Assembly: GCA_043798915.1 (NCBI GenBank)
Contig: JAZDOG010000100.1
Span: forward strand, 34,122 to 98,121
DNA length: 64,000 nt
Source: Pseudomonadota bacterium
GTDB taxonomy: Bacteria; UBA10199; 2-02-FULL-44-16; JAAZCA01
Direction of reading: 5' to 3'
Shown: piece by piece, positions 11,372 to 21,542 of the stretch
Numbering within the stretch: the first letter of the stretch is position 1
Layout of the letters: every line of letters starts with the position of its first letter
The notes under the pieces: model-generated
Database searches by the model: none
Told to the model about the DNA's origin: nothing
Seen by the model: only the letters and a program-made list of their open reading frames with translations
Translations under genes and position numbers: made by a program

Positions 11372-11430
11372 GTTAAAATGGTGACAAAAGTCCACAGGGG
11401 GACCTGGGGAATCCAATCCCAGGAGTCGCG

Positions 11431-11718
11431 ATGCCGATCTACGAATATCACTGCAAGTCCTGCAAAAAAGATTTTGAGGTCCTTCAGAAGCTCTCCGAAC
11501 CCAACCTCGCCGCCTGCCCGGACTGCGGAAAAAAAGCGAAACGGCTTATCTCTCAGACCAGCTTCTCCCTCAAGGGAGGAGGATGGCACAAAGATGGCTA
11601 TGCATCTAAACCGGCTGGAGCAAAAAGCGACTCCAAACCTGGGGAGTCAGCGACGAAGGAATCCAGCCAGAAGAAGAACGAAAAAAAGGCGGACAAACCG
11701 CCGCCAAAAAATCCGTGA
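11431..11718 (+). CDS. FmdB-family zinc-ribbon protein
   Basis: MPIYEYHCKSC...CPDCG...FSLKGGGW. Confidence 0.92.
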   Translation: MPIYEYHCKSCKKDFEVLQKLSEPNLAACPDCGKKAKRLISQTSFSLKGGGWHKDGYASKPAGAKSDSKPGESATKESSQKKNEKKADKPPPKNP

Positions 11719-11721
11719 CTC

Positions 11722-12342
11722 ATGGTTGAAAAGGTAGACAGACCCGAAGCTCCGAACCCTTATCAGATCACGAGGGCCAAGGACGCCAAGGAGGATCAGC
11801 ACAAGCCTCCGGATGAACGCGAAGACCAGGAGAAGCGATACAAGAAGCAGATCGAGGAAAAAGAATGGAGCAAGTTCGACAGGCACGCTACGACGATAAA
11901 GCCGGTGCGCGTCGCAAGGGATCAGATACTCAGGTGCCTCTTCAGGGGGACCAATCTCCGCAGCGGCGTAGCGATCCTGTCGGTGGACGTGCACTGGAGG
12001 GACGGCCGCAAGACCCCGGGCGCACTCATCCTGCTTTCGCGCCTGGAGGACTTCATCCGGCTCAAGAAGTTTCTCCCGGGGCAAGAGGTCCCGGATGAAT
12101 TCTGGGGACGGGGGCCGGCGGTGGAACTGGGGATAATACAGGCCGCCGCGGGCAGCGCGGTCCCTGAGATGGAAAACAGGGTTGTTGCCGCGCATGAAAA
12201 ACCCCGCCGTCCCGCCCGCTGGCTGTCGGCAATCGGGCTCACAAAGGGCGATGGGCGCCGCATCAACTGGGGCATTTTAGTTCTCTACATCTTCCTCTTC
12301 GCGGTTGTTGCGTTCGGGGTAGTTGTGGAAATGGGGCGGTAA
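11722..12342 (+). CDS. hypothetical protein with C-terminal TM anchor
   Basis: Tightly packed in operon; hydrophobic C-terminus. Confidence 0.7.
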   Translation: MVEKVDRPEAPNPYQITRAKDAKEDQHKPPDEREDQEKRYKKQIEEKEWSKFDRHATTIKPVRVARDQILRCLFRGTNLRSGVAILSVDVHWRDGRKTPGALILLSRLEDFIRLKKFLPGQEVPDEFWGRGPAVELGIIQAAAGSAVPEMENRVVAAHEKPRRPARWLSAIGLTKGDGRRINWGILVLYIFLFAVVAFGVVVEMGR

Positions 12343-15243
12343 ATGGACGAGTTCGAACCAAAACAGTTCGGCAAATACTACCTTCTCGAAAAGCTGGCGG
12401 TGGGAGGGATGGCCGAGATCTACAAGGCCAAGACCTTCGGCGTAGACGGCTTCGAGAAGGAGCTGGCCATCAAGCGCATCCTCCCGCACTGCTCCGCCGA
12501 CAAAGACTTCATAACGATGCTGATCGACGAGGCCAAGCTCTCGGTCATGCTCTCGCACGCCAACATCGTCCAGGTCTACGACCTGGGCAAGGTGCACGAC
12601 GACTATTTCATCTCGATGGAGTTCATCCATGGCGTGAACCTGCGCGACCTCATGTACCGCTGCCGCGAGGACAAAGTGCAGATGTCCGTGGACCTCGCGG
12701 TCTACGTCATCTCTGAGATATGCAAGGGCCTGGACTACGCCCACAGAAAGACCGACCCGCATGACAACAAGCCTCTGAACATCGTCCACCGAGACATAAG
12801 CCCGCAGAACGTCCTGCTCTCCTATGAGGGCGAGGTGAAAATAGTGGACTTCGGCATCGCCAAGGCCGCGATGAACATCTCGCACACGATGGCCGGCATC
12901 CTCAAAGGGAAGATCGCCTACATGTCGCCGGAACAGGCGATGGGAAAATCGATAGACAGGCGCACCGACATCTTCTCCACCGGAATTCTCCTCTACGAGC
13001 TCATCGCGGGGCAGAAGCTCTACACGGGCGAGAGCCAGTTCGAGGTGCTCAAGAAGATCAGGACCACCAGGATAACGCCGGAGACGCTCCCGAACACGAT
13101 CCCGGCGCCGCTCAAGCCCATCGTGGCGAAGGCCCTCGCATACGACATCGACGCCAGGTTCCAGTTCGCGGGCGACCTGCAGATCGAACTCACCAAGTTC
13201 CTCTATTCCACCTACAGCGATTTTTCGCCCCGCAAGCTCGCCGCCTTCATCCACGAGGTGTTCACGAGGGAAGTCGGCGGCGAACAGGTGAAGTCCGCCC
13301 GCGAGGCCGCGGTCGAACAGCAGACCTCATCGATGAGCCTCAACGAGAGGGCCAAACAGCTGGAGATCGTCCACAGGGAGTCCTCCTTTCCGCAGGTGGG
13401 TGATACCGCTCGAGCGAAAGGCCCGGGCGAGGCTCTCCTCCAGACCATGATGTCGCCGGCCGATCGCCGGGCAGCGCCTCCCGCCGCCGGCGAAGCAGAT
13501 ACGGATCGCCGCAGGGTTCGCAAGAAAGGCCGGGGAATATTTAAAGCGCTGGCAGCCATGATGATCCTGGCGGCCGGGCTCTATGCCGCACAGCGCTTCG
13601 TCCCCGAATTGCGTTTCTGGGAAAAATTTCTGCCGGTCGCTCCCGTCGTGAACGCGACCGCCGGCAACGCCAGCGTGACATCCGAGCCTCCGGGGGCGCA
13701 GATCATCCTCAATGGCGCAGCCACGGGCAAGACCACGCCCGCGATCCTGGAGGGTCTCGCTGCCGGCCGTGAACACACGATCCGCGCCGAGATGGAGAAC
13801 TTCGGTCCAGCCGAGAAAAGGGTGGCGATCACCGGCGGCGCACTCGTAGAAGTTGCCCTCAAACTCATCGAGCCGAAGGGGATGCTCAATATCATCACGG
13901 ATCCGCCGGGGGCCGCCATCATGATCGAGGGCAGGCTCACCGGCCTCAACACGCCTGCGGCGCTTGAAAACCTGCCTCTCGGCAAAGACCAGCGGATCAC
14001 GCTCTCGAAGCCCGACTACGAGGACTTCGAGCAGGTGGTCAACCTCACCACGACCAAGCCGCAGAAGATATCCACGCACCTCAAGTCCATAGTCCCCCAG
14101 AGCGGCAAGCTCATGATCACGTCCACGCCCGCGGGAGCAGCCGTCTGGATCAACGGAAAGGACATCGGCCGCACCACACCGGCGACGATCGCGAACCTCG
14201 AACCAAAAAAATACGTCATACAGCTGGCCATGAACGGATACGACGGATGGAGCGGCAATTTAGACGTCGGGGCGGACCAGACGGTGCCGGTGGATGCGCT
14301 GCTCATGAAGACTGCCGCGCCTCCCGCTCTGCCGCCGCCTGCAACTCCGCCTTTGACTCCACCTACGACTCCGCCTTTGACTCCGCCCACAACCCCGCCC
14401 GTGGTTGAAAAACCCGTGACGGCGCCTCCTGCGGCCCCGACCGAAGCTGAAAAAGCGGCTACCGCCGGGAAGGGCTCGCTGCGCGTGACATCGAACCCTG
14501 CGGGCGCGGCGGTCCTGCTCAACGGCGGCAGCACTGGCAGGAGGACCCCGGCGGTGATCGAAGACCTGAAGATCGGTTCTTCATACAATATCCGGTTTGA
14601 TCTCGAGGGCTACAAGAGCGTCACCCGGAAAAAATCCATTCAGAAACCGTCCGACACCCTCTATGCGGAGCTCTCGAAGGAAGAGCAGAAGGCCCCGCCT
14701 CCGGAAACTCCGAGGATCGAGACCCCGCCGCCAGCGGAGACACCCAAACCCGCGAAGATCGAGCCTGTGAAACCCGAGCCCGCAAAGCCCGAGCCCGAGA
14801 CTGCGGCGAAGGGCGGCACGGGCACGATCAGGGTCGCGTCCAATCCCTCCGGCGCCGATGTCTTCATCAATTCAGAGCTCAAGGGCCGGACGCCGATCAC
14901 CGTCACCGTGCCCTCCGGCACCGTGAGCGTCCTGATCAACAAGGAGGGCGCGGCAAGGGTCAGCAGGCAGGTCACCGTGAAACCCGGACAGACGGTGAAC
15001 CTCACCGACATCAACCTAGGGGATCTCTACGGAGAGGTGAGCCTCTCCTCCGATCCGCCGCGCGCACAGGTGATCTTCGACGGGCAGGCGATCCCGGCCC
15101 CGACGCCGGTCACGGTGCGCCGCGTGCGCCGCGACCAGCAGCACTCCGTCACTATACAGCTCCCCGGCTACCGGAGTTGGAGCAAGAGTTTCTCTATGGA
15201 CGAAGGGAACAAGTCCTTCAGCGCAACGCTGCAGCAGCAGTGA
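12343..15243 (+). CDS. membrane Ser/Thr protein kinase with multiple periplasmic PEGA domains
   Basis: GGMAEIY, AIKR, HRDISPQN, DFG, YMSPE; TM helix; repeated S.P.GA.V..NG...G.TP PEGA units. Confidence 0.95.
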   Translation: MDEFEPKQFGKYYLLEKLAVGGMAEIYKAKTFGVDGFEKELAIKRILPHCSADKDFITMLIDEAKLSVMLSHANIVQVYDLGKVHDDYFISMEFIHGVNLRDLMYRCREDKVQMSVDLAVYVISEICKGLDYAHRKTDPHDNKPLNIVHRDISPQNVLLSYEGEVKIVDFGIAKAAMNISHTMAGILKGKIAYMSPEQAMGKSIDRRTDIFSTGILLYELIAGQKLYTGESQFEVLKKIRTTRITPETLPNTIPAPLKPIVAKALAYDIDARFQFAGDLQIELTKFLYSTYSDFSPRKLAAFIHEVFTREVGGEQVKSAREAAVEQQTSSMSLNERAKQLEIVHRESSFPQVGDTARAKGPGEALLQTMMSPADRRAAPPAAGEADTDRRRVRKKGRGIFKALAAMMILAAGLYAAQRFVPELRFWEKFLPVAPVVNATAGNASVTSEPPGAQIILNGAATGKTTPAILEGLAAGREHTIRAEMENFGPAEKRVAITGGALVEVALKLIEPKGMLNIITDPPGAAIMIEGRLTGLNTPAALENLPLGKDQRITLSKPDYEDFEQVVNLTTTKPQKISTHLKSIVPQSGKLMITSTPAGAAVWINGKDIGRTTPATIANLEPKKYVIQLAMNGYDGWSGNLDVGADQTVPVDALLMKTAAPPALPPPATPPLTPPTTPPLTPPTTPPVVEKPVTAPPAAPTEAEKAATAGKGSLRVTSNPAGAAVLLNGGSTGRRTPAVIEDLKIGSSYNIRFDLEGYKSVTRKKSIQKPSDTLYAELSKEEQKAPPPETPRIETPPPAETPKPAKIEPVKPEPAKPEPETAAKGGTGTIRVASNPSGADVFINSELKGRTPITVTVPSGTVSVLINKEGAARVSRQVTVKPGQTVNLTDINLGDLYGEVSLSSDPPRAQVIFDGQAIPAPTPVTVRRVRRDQQHSVTIQLPGYRSWSKSFSMDEGNKSFSATLQQQ
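14332..14400 (+). repeat. coding Pro/Thr tandem repeat (PPLTPPTT) in kinase linker
   Basis: actccgcctttgactcc repeated at 24-nt spacing. Confidence 0.7.
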
Positions 15244-15256
15244 AAAAGGAGTTCAC

Positions 15257-16648
15257 ATGGCGGAGAAAGACATCGAGAGCAAAACCGAGCTTCTCAAGAT
15301 CGACGATATCCCGGACGTCGTCTCGCTGCGCAAGTGCCAGATGGTCGTCGTCGACGGCCCGAGCCGCGGCAAAAAGCTCACGCTCAACAAGAACCTGACA
15401 AAGATCGGCAAGCGCGAGACCAACGACATGGTGGTCACAGACAAGACGGTCTCACGGAATCACCTGGAGATCGAGTACGCCTCCGACAGTTTCCTGCTGC
15501 GCGACCTGGGTTCGACCAACGGCACCTTCCTCAACGGATCGAAGGTCAAGGAGGCCTATCTCTCGCCGGGCGACCTCGTAAAGGTGGGCAACACGACCAT
15601 GGAGTTTGTCGCCTTCGACGAGAAGGTGAAGATCGAACCGTCGGATCGCGAGGAATTCGGCCTCATGGTCGGCAAGAGCAGAAAGATGAGGCAGATTTTC
15701 TCGATACTTGAGAAAATATCGCCCACGCACGCGACAGTCATCATCGAGGGCGAAACCGGAACCGGCAAGGACCTGGTTTCCCGCGCCATCCACGAGAACA
15801 GCCAGCGCAAGGACAAACCCTTCGTGGTCTTCGACTGCTCCGCCGTTGCGCCTAACCTGATCGAGTCGGAGCTCTTCGGCCACGAGAAAGGCTCGTTCAC
15901 CGGAGCCGTCAAGGCGCGCCGCGGCGCCTTCGAGGAGGCCAACACCGGGACGATATTCTTAGACGAGATTGGCGAGCTCACTTCCGAACTGCAGCCGAAG
16001 CTCCTGCGCGCGCTGGAAAGCCGCGAGATCAAGCGCGTTGGAGGCAACGTGCCGGTCAAGATCGACGTCCGCGTGCTCTGCGCGACGAACAGGAATCTCC
16101 GGCGCGAGATAGAGGAAAACCGCTTCCGCGAAGATCTGTACTATCGCCTGTCGGTGGTGAAGGTCTCCCTGCCGTCCCTGCGGGACCGGCCCGAGGACGT
16201 CCCGGTCCTGGTGGAGCGATTTCTCACGGAGGGCAAGTTCAACCGGCTCGAGGACGGGAAACTCAAGGTGCTCAAAGTGGATGATGACGCCCTCAAGTTG
16301 CTCGCGCGCTATCAGTGGCCAGGAAATGTCAGGGAACTCTCGAACGTCATCGAGCGGGCCGTGTCGTTCGTGGACGGAGACACGATAACCAAGTCGCACC
16401 TCGACTTCGTCTTCGCTGAGATGGCCCACGGTGAGGAGCACACCGAAAGGATGAAGGTCGACGCCGACATGCCGTTCAAGGACGCCAAGCAGCGCATCGT
16501 GGAGGACTTCGAAAAGGAATACCTCGTGGAGCTACTGGAGCGCTACAACCACAATCTCTCGAAGGCCGCGCGCGAGGCGCAGATCGACCGAAAACACCTG
16601 CGCAATCTGCTCAAAAAATACAACATACCTACCAAGGATGAAGATTAG
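15257..16648 (+). CDS. FHA-domain sigma54-dependent enhancer-binding activator
   Basis: FHA (VSRNH, DLGSTNGT), GETGTGKD, GSFTGA, WPGNVREL, C-terminal HTH. Confidence 0.95.
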   Translation: MAEKDIESKTELLKIDDIPDVVSLRKCQMVVVDGPSRGKKLTLNKNLTKIGKRETNDMVVTDKTVSRNHLEIEYASDSFLLRDLGSTNGTFLNGSKVKEAYLSPGDLVKVGNTTMEFVAFDEKVKIEPSDREEFGLMVGKSRKMRQIFSILEKISPTHATVIIEGETGTGKDLVSRAIHENSQRKDKPFVVFDCSAVAPNLIESELFGHEKGSFTGAVKARRGAFEEANTGTIFLDEIGELTSELQPKLLRALESREIKRVGGNVPVKIDVRVLCATNRNLRREIEENRFREDLYYRLSVVKVSLPSLRDRPEDVPVLVERFLTEGKFNRLEDGKLKVLKVDDDALKLLARYQWPGNVRELSNVIERAVSFVDGDTITKSHLDFVFAEMAHGEEHTERMKVDADMPFKDAKQRIVEDFEKEYLVELLERYNHNLSKAAREAQIDRKHLRNLLKKYNIPTKDED

Positions 16649-17184
16649 CGGCGCGCCCCGCGGTCGGCTTCGATCGATCGTTTGATCGCGATGACCAGAG
16701 AGCGCGCGCGGTTGGCCCACAGGTTTATGCCAGACATGTCGAGCAGGATGGCGTTTCTGAAATCTTCGGCGGCCTTTCGGTAGTTCTTGTGCCTGAGATA
16801 TATTTCACCGCGGTTGACATAGGTCGGGACGTCCTTCGTGTTGAGCTTCAGCGCCTGCGAGTATTCCATGATCGCCTCGATCGGGCGATCCATCTTCTGA
16901 TGGACCGCGCCCATCATCGCGTGGAAATAGGCGTTCCTGTGGTCGAGGATGATGAGGCACTGAAATATCTTCTCCGCCTCATCGAGCCTGCCGTGCTTGA
17001 ACTTCACGTGTCCCGCCTCGGAGAGGGCAAAGAGCTGCTCGCGCGATATTCCCTTCATCTCGGCCAGGCTCACGCGGTCCTCCAGGAACGCGTGGAGGAG
17101 CTCGGTCAGGTGCTTGCGCCTGGCAGGGGTCGGATCGATGATCTGAGTCCGCTTCTGTGGTTCGATTGTGCGTTCGTCGGTCAT
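16645..17184 (-). CDS. SycD/LcrH-like TPR T3SS chaperone
   Basis: SLAEMKGISREQLFAL followed by three TPRs; T3SS context. Confidence 0.8.
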   Translation of the reverse strand: MTDERTIEPQKRTQIIDPTPARRKHLTELLHAFLEDRVSLAEMKGISREQLFALSEAGHVKFKHGRLDEAEKIFQCLIILDHRNAYFHAMMGAVHQKMDRPIEAIMEYSQALKLNTKDVPTYVNRGEIYLRHKNYRKAAEDFRNAILLDMSGINLWANRARSLVIAIKRSIEADRGARR

Positions 17185-17199
17185 AAAAATTGTGCCTGA

Positions 17200-18117
17200 T
17201 TACTGCATGCGCATATTGGCGACAATCTGCCCTCTCCCCCTGTTTTGCTCTTCTATCGTGCTCTTGCCGAATTCGATGAGGCTTGCCGCGTCCTGCATCA
17301 CCTTTTGCATGTCGGTCGTCAGAAGATTGAGCTGAAAGGCGCCGTCGCGCGTCTTGGACTGCGCTACCGTCAGATTCGCCGCATATCGGGGATCGCCGGG
17401 CGAGAGTTTATTCAGATCTCTTGCAATATTGTTGATCGAGTCGTTGACATGGGACATCTTCTTGCCGAGCCACGTCATCATGACGCCGTCCTTCGTGGCT
17501 CTGACCTTGAGCAGCGCGATGACGGCAAACTCCGGAGCCGCAAGCCCCTGCTTGACCAGCGCAACGATCCTGTCTGTCTGCCGCTGGACCTCTTCCGACT
17601 TCGATTTATAGTCGCTCATCATCTGGGCGTCCATTATCTGGCTCCAGCTGTCGTCTAATAGTTGCTGCCAGTCGGAGAGCGTGCCCCGCGCTGTCGCGTC
17701 CAGGTCCTGCGAGGTCGTCGCGCCGGTCTTCCCGTCGGCCGATGTCACCGCATCCACCTTCATCGCCTTGAACTTGCCGTCCTGGCCCTTCAGAAAATCG
17801 CTCATCTGGCCGCTGAAGTATTCGCCCTCCTCCTTGCTCATGGAGGCCCCTCTATGGTGGACGGCTAGCTGGTTGATGTTCGGCTCCGGATAGGAGGCTT
17901 CCTGCGCCTTTATCTCCTGATCCTGGACGATCTGGCCCTTCCAGAACTTCCACTGGTTGGCGAAGAAGTCGCTGAAATCGCCTATCTTGAAGCTCTTCGA
18001 TTTTGCGAAGACTTCGTAGATGTTGCCATGGCGCAGCGCCTCGACCATGTCCGACCGATCGAGCTGCGTTCTGACGTCTTTCTCCTGGACGCGGGATGCC
18101 CTGCCGATGTCAACCAC
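17200..18117 (-). CDS. putative T3SS-secreted helical protein (translocon/filament-like)
   Basis: Between two SycD-like genes; helical C-terminus resembles that of 19019-20119. Confidence 0.6.
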   Translation of the reverse strand: MVDIGRASRVQEKDVRTQLDRSDMVEALRHGNIYEVFAKSKSFKIGDFSDFFANQWKFWKGQIVQDQEIKAQEASYPEPNINQLAVHHRGASMSKEEGEYFSGQMSDFLKGQDGKFKAMKVDAVTSADGKTGATTSQDLDATARGTLSDWQQLLDDSWSQIMDAQMMSDYKSKSEEVQRQTDRIVALVKQGLAAPEFAVIALLKVRATKDGVMMTWLGKKMSHVNDSINNIARDLNKLSPGDPRYAANLTVAQSKTRDGAFQLNLLTTDMQKVMQDAASLIEFGKSTIEEQNRGRGQIVANMRMQ

Positions 18118-18130
18118 GGTTCACACCCTT

Positions 18131-18763
18131 TCAGCCCCTTTTGATCTTCCCCTTTTCTTCCTTGCGCACGCGCTCCATCTGCTGCATGAGCATCCGCGAG
18201 CGGTTGGCGAACTTGTCGGCGCCGCCCTTGTCCAGCGCGATCGCCTGCTTGAAGTCCTCCTCCGCTTCCTCGAAGAGCCCGTGCTGCATGAATATCTCGC
18301 CGCGGTTGGTGCGGCTCACGATGTCGTTCGGGTCGAGCTCGATGGCCTGCGTGTATTCGGCTATGGCCTCTCCATAGCGCCGCTGCCGCTGCAGGATCGA
18401 TCCCATGACAGAATGGTAGTAGGCGTTGTTCCAATCGAGGACCGTGAGGACCTTGAAGATGCGCTCCGCATCTTCGTAGCGCCCAGACTTGAACTGCGTG
18501 AATCCGAACTCCGCCATCTGAAAGAGCATCTCGGGCGTGAAGTTGAAGAGCTCCGCCCAGTTCATCTTGCCGCCCAGGAAGTCCTGTATCTTTCTGGCGC
18601 CGCGCTCGATCTCATCGGGCGGAATGTCCTTGTACTGATCCTCGAGGGCCTTGAAAAAACGCTCCATCTCGGCCGCGGCGTCCTCCCGCGTCATGGGCTC
18701 GATGCCGATGGGAAACTCCCATTTCTTCCTGCCGCCTTTTTTTGCGCGTTTATTATCGGCCAT
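18131..18763 (-). CDS. SycD/LcrH-like TPR T3SS chaperone
   Basis: GFTQFKSGRYEDAERIFKVLTVLD plus TPRs; paralog of 16645-17184. Confidence 0.85.
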   Translation of the reverse strand: MADNKRAKKGGRKKWEFPIGIEPMTREDAAAEMERFFKALEDQYKDIPPDEIERGARKIQDFLGGKMNWAELFNFTPEMLFQMAEFGFTQFKSGRYEDAERIFKVLTVLDWNNAYYHSVMGSILQRQRRYGEAIAEYTQAIELDPNDIVSRTNRGEIFMQHGLFEEAEEDFKQAIALDKGGADKFANRSRMLMQQMERVRKEEKGKIKRG

Positions 18764-18772
18764 TTTAAAATC

Positions 18773-18910
18773 CGTAACTATTCAGCAGTGCGTCTTTCGA
18801 AATTCTCCCTCCCTTGATGGGAGGGAGTCAGAGGGAGGGTGACCACCCTCACCCCGACCCTCTCCCCTCAAGGGAGAGGGAAAAGAGTCGCAGACACCTG
18901 AATAATTATA
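18773..18910. mobile_element. MITE-like element with GTAACTATTCAG termini enclosing a REP doublet
   Basis: GTAACTATTCAG...CTGAATAATTAT; flanks AAATC/AAATA; same termini at 53586-53698. Confidence 0.6.
18805..18880. repeat. REP-like palindrome doublet, family A (CCCTCACCCC.ACCCTCTCCC...GGGAGAGGG)
   Basis: Two GC-rich hairpins; related copies at 27558, 42036, 50542. Confidence 0.75.
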
Positions 18911-18957
18911 AAATACATTAAACACCCTGTTCCAGCAAGATTTTTCCCTGAGACAAC

Positions 18958-18990
18958 GAGGCCCCGCCGTTTAAGGCGAGGCCCCCTTTT
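18958..18990. terminator. hairpin downstream of 19019-20119
   Basis: ggccccgcc-gtttaa-ggcgaggcc stem-loop; weak U tract. Confidence 0.4.
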
Positions 18991-19018
18991 AGCGTCGCAT
19001 CATGCTGCCGTCGTCATC

Positions 19019-20119
19019 CTACCCTCTTATCGTCGATACCGTCCTCTGGATCCTGCCGTTCGTCTCGAGGGCCGCCTTGGTGGTATTCGTGAGCGTCTCC
19101 ACCACCTGCGCAAACTCCTCCATCATCTGGCTGATGAGCTTCTGAGAGGTCGCGATCGAGTCCGTCTCGCTCTTGACGATGGTCATCGTCTTCATGAGCT
19201 CGTTCGAAGCGTTTGGGTCGTTGGCGTTGCTCGACATGCCCATGAGTTTGTTGGTCCACGAGCGCGAGAGGTCCTGGAGCTGGATCAGCTTCTGGCCCAT
19301 CTCGATCTGCTGCTTGGCCTTGTCCTTGGAGATTATGTAGGTGATGAACTTCATGAACTGGTACATCGAGCCCATGTCCCCGGACTCCGCCATCTTTGCG
19401 AAGTAGAAGAAGAGCTGCATGAGCTGCTTGCCCTTGTTGGTGTCCTGATTGATCGCATCCCAGGAGTTCATGACGTTGTCCTGCACGTTCAGGGACTGAA
19501 GGTATGCGCTCGAATTGAACTGCTGCCCGCCCGCAGTCTGCGCTGCCCAGCCGGCCGGCGGGAACGTCGCCGCGCTGCCGCCGCCGCCCGTGGTCTGGGC
19601 CTTGGCGCCCGAGGCCTGTGAGCCTTCGCCGCCGGACTGCGTGTTGATCGTCGAGGCCTTCGCGCCGCTGCCTTCTTCCATCGCAGCGGCCTTGTTGAAC
19701 TCGGTCAGGTCGAAGAGCGACTTGTTGCCCGCCTTTGTAAAAAGCTTATTCGCGTTGTCGATCATCCCGCGAAGCTGTTCCTGCATTTTTTCGACCTCGG
19801 CCTCCGCAACCCCGTTCTTCTGCGCATCCTTGATCTTGGCGAGGAGTGAAGACATCTCCCCATTGAGGGTAGCCGCGGCTTTGGCATAAAGATCGACAAC
19901 CCCGGCAGAGTCTGAAAGCTGTGTTTGCCCATTCATGCTACTGATCAAATCCTGGAGCTTTGCCGTATATATGACACGGCCCTGGTCGTCCGTGATATTC
20001 ACAATCGCAGCAGGATCCCTGTTCGTAAGTTTCGTATACCACTTGTTCCACTCCTGATCGTCGATCCTGCCATCGCCGGAGGTATCTATCTGAGCGCTGC
20101 GAACCTGAATGTCTGACAT
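19019..20119 (-). CDS. putative T3SS-secreted filament/translocon protein with N-terminal EF-hand-like loop
   Basis: Strong RBS AGGAGG; DTSGDGRIDDQE loop; coiled-coil C-terminus; followed by SycD-like gene. Confidence 0.65.
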   Translation of the reverse strand: MSDIQVRSAQIDTSGDGRIDDQEWNKWYTKLTNRDPAAIVNITDDQGRVIYTAKLQDLISSMNGQTQLSDSAGVVDLYAKAAATLNGEMSSLLAKIKDAQKNGVAEAEVEKMQEQLRGMIDNANKLFTKAGNKSLFDLTEFNKAAAMEEGSGAKASTINTQSGGEGSQASGAKAQTTGGGGSAATFPPAGWAAQTAGGQQFNSSAYLQSLNVQDNVMNSWDAINQDTNKGKQLMQLFFYFAKMAESGDMGSMYQFMKFITYIISKDKAKQQIEMGQKLIQLQDLSRSWTNKLMGMSSNANDPNASNELMKTMTIVKSETDSIATSQKLISQMMEEFAQVVETLTNTTKAALETNGRIQRTVSTIRG

Positions 20120-20188
20120 ATCGTCCTCCTTCTGCTGCCGGATTCTATCCGGCCGGTGGCATATTTTACCACCGTCGACCTTCTTATA

Positions 20189-20204
20189 TGCAAGCGGGAT
20201 GCCA
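20189..20204 (-). promoter_or_regulatory. sigma54 (-24/-12) promoter
   Basis: TGGCATCCCGCTTGCA on minus strand, about 70 nt upstream of 20119. Confidence 0.75.
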
Positions 20205-20262
20205 AGTCTTCCCCGGTCAACGATAAGACGGAGACCCAAATAAACCCTTGTTTTTAATCTAG

Positions 20263-20288
20263 TTATCGTCAGACGGAGCAAAGTATGC
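20263..20288 (-). promoter_or_regulatory. degenerate sigma28-like promoter
   Basis: GCATACTT-N10-GACGATAA. Confidence 0.4.
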
Positions 20289-20346
20289 GGTCGATAGAAA
20301 CCGGGGCTGGCTTACTGACTGGGGTGAGGACCCCCCGTTTATGGGG

Positions 20347-21255
20347 TCAGGGAACGGTCTGGACAGAGGGCGCGCCATCTTCAGGCGCGGGCAGCCCATC
20401 CTCGGGCATCGGGGCCTCGGGCGCACCCGGCGGGACCTTCCCCTGGAGGAGCTCGATCACCTGATCGGCATATCTGTTGGATTTGACGGCATAGAAATGG
20501 ATCTGGTCGCCGATGATCGTGAGCGAAATGAAGAGCAGGAGGATGCCGACATACCCCTTCACGTGAAATCCCAGCTCCCAGACGTTGATCTGCGGCGCGA
20601 CGCGGTTTGCGATGCCCAGTATTATGTCTGCAAGAAAGATAGCGATGATCACCGGCGCCGCCATCTGCAGCGAGATGTAGATCACCTCGCCCGTGATCCT
20701 CATGAAGAGGTCCATCAGCGGGAAAAACCCGGGGCCAGCGATCGGCAAGCCGAGCACCGGCAAAGTTTTGAAGCTGCCGAAGCAGGAATCCAGAAAGGCG
20801 AGGTGCCCTCCGAGGACGAGATAGAGGACTACCCCCAGCTGGAAGAGGAATACGCCCGACATCGACGCCTGCTCCCCGAGCTGGGGTATGAGGAGCCGCG
20901 CGATGGACATGCCGCGCTGGTTGTCGATCATCTGTCCCACGGCGGCGAAGGCGTGGAAGATGAAGGACACGGACATGCCTATCGAGAGGCCGTAGAATAT
21001 CTCCTTGAGATAGAGGACCACGAGGGCGAGCAGGTCCTGCGAGAGATTCGGAGGGGTCTTCGGGACGATGTGCGGGTAAACGAAGATGGCCAGCACTATC
21101 GACGCCCCGACCACGACATATTTCGGCACCGGCTTGCCGAAAAGGAATGGAATGACCGACGCCATCATGAGCACCCTGACCCAGATGAGCGACAGGAAGA
21201 TCAGATGGAACGTAACATTGATATTGACGCCGATTTTGCCGAGGAAGTCTTGCAT
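20347..21255 (-). CDS. sctT: T3SS export apparatus SctT (FliR family)
   Basis: AVGQMIDNQRG, GIANRVAPQINV. Confidence 0.92.
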   Translation of the reverse strand: MQDFLGKIGVNINVTFHLIFLSLIWVRVLMMASVIPFLFGKPVPKYVVVGASIVLAIFVYPHIVPKTPPNLSQDLLALVVLYLKEIFYGLSIGMSVSFIFHAFAAVGQMIDNQRGMSIARLLIPQLGEQASMSGVFLFQLGVVLYLVLGGHLAFLDSCFGSFKTLPVLGLPIAGPGFFPLMDLFMRITGEVIYISLQMAAPVIIAIFLADIILGIANRVAPQINVWELGFHVKGYVGILLLFISLTIIGDQIHFYAVKSNRYADQVIELLQGKVPPGAPEAPMPEDGLPAPEDGAPSVQTVP

Positions 21256-21270
21256 GATTTTGGCTGTCAG

Positions 21271-21537
21271 CTAATGCACATACGTCGCGAAGGAGCCGTA
21301 GATCGAGGCGGTGAATGCAACGAGCTGCGCGAGCATCCATGGCCCCGCGATGGCCAGCGTCGCGACGATCGCGAAGAGCTTGGGCACAAACGTGAGGGTC
21401 TGCTCCTGGATCTGCGTCGTCGCCTGCAGGATGCTGATGGTGAGGCCGACGAGCATGGCGACCAGCACCGGCGGCCCCGTGAGGACAAGCGCCAGAAACA
21501 GCGACTGCTTTGCGACGGCGATAAAATATTCAGGCAT
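21271..21537 (-). CDS. sctS: T3SS export apparatus SctS (FliQ family)
   Basis: VGLTISILQATTQIQEQTLTFVPK. Confidence 0.95.
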   Translation of the reverse strand: MPEYFIAVAKQSLFLALVLTGPPVLVAMLVGLTISILQATTQIQEQTLTFVPKLFAIVATLAIAGPWMLAQLVAFTASIYGSFATYVH

Positions 21538-21542
21538 AGCGA

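Noticed and set aside
18752..18760. GCCGATAA match
   Set aside because: Falls in codons 2-4 of the chaperone gene and has no GCAACTT partner
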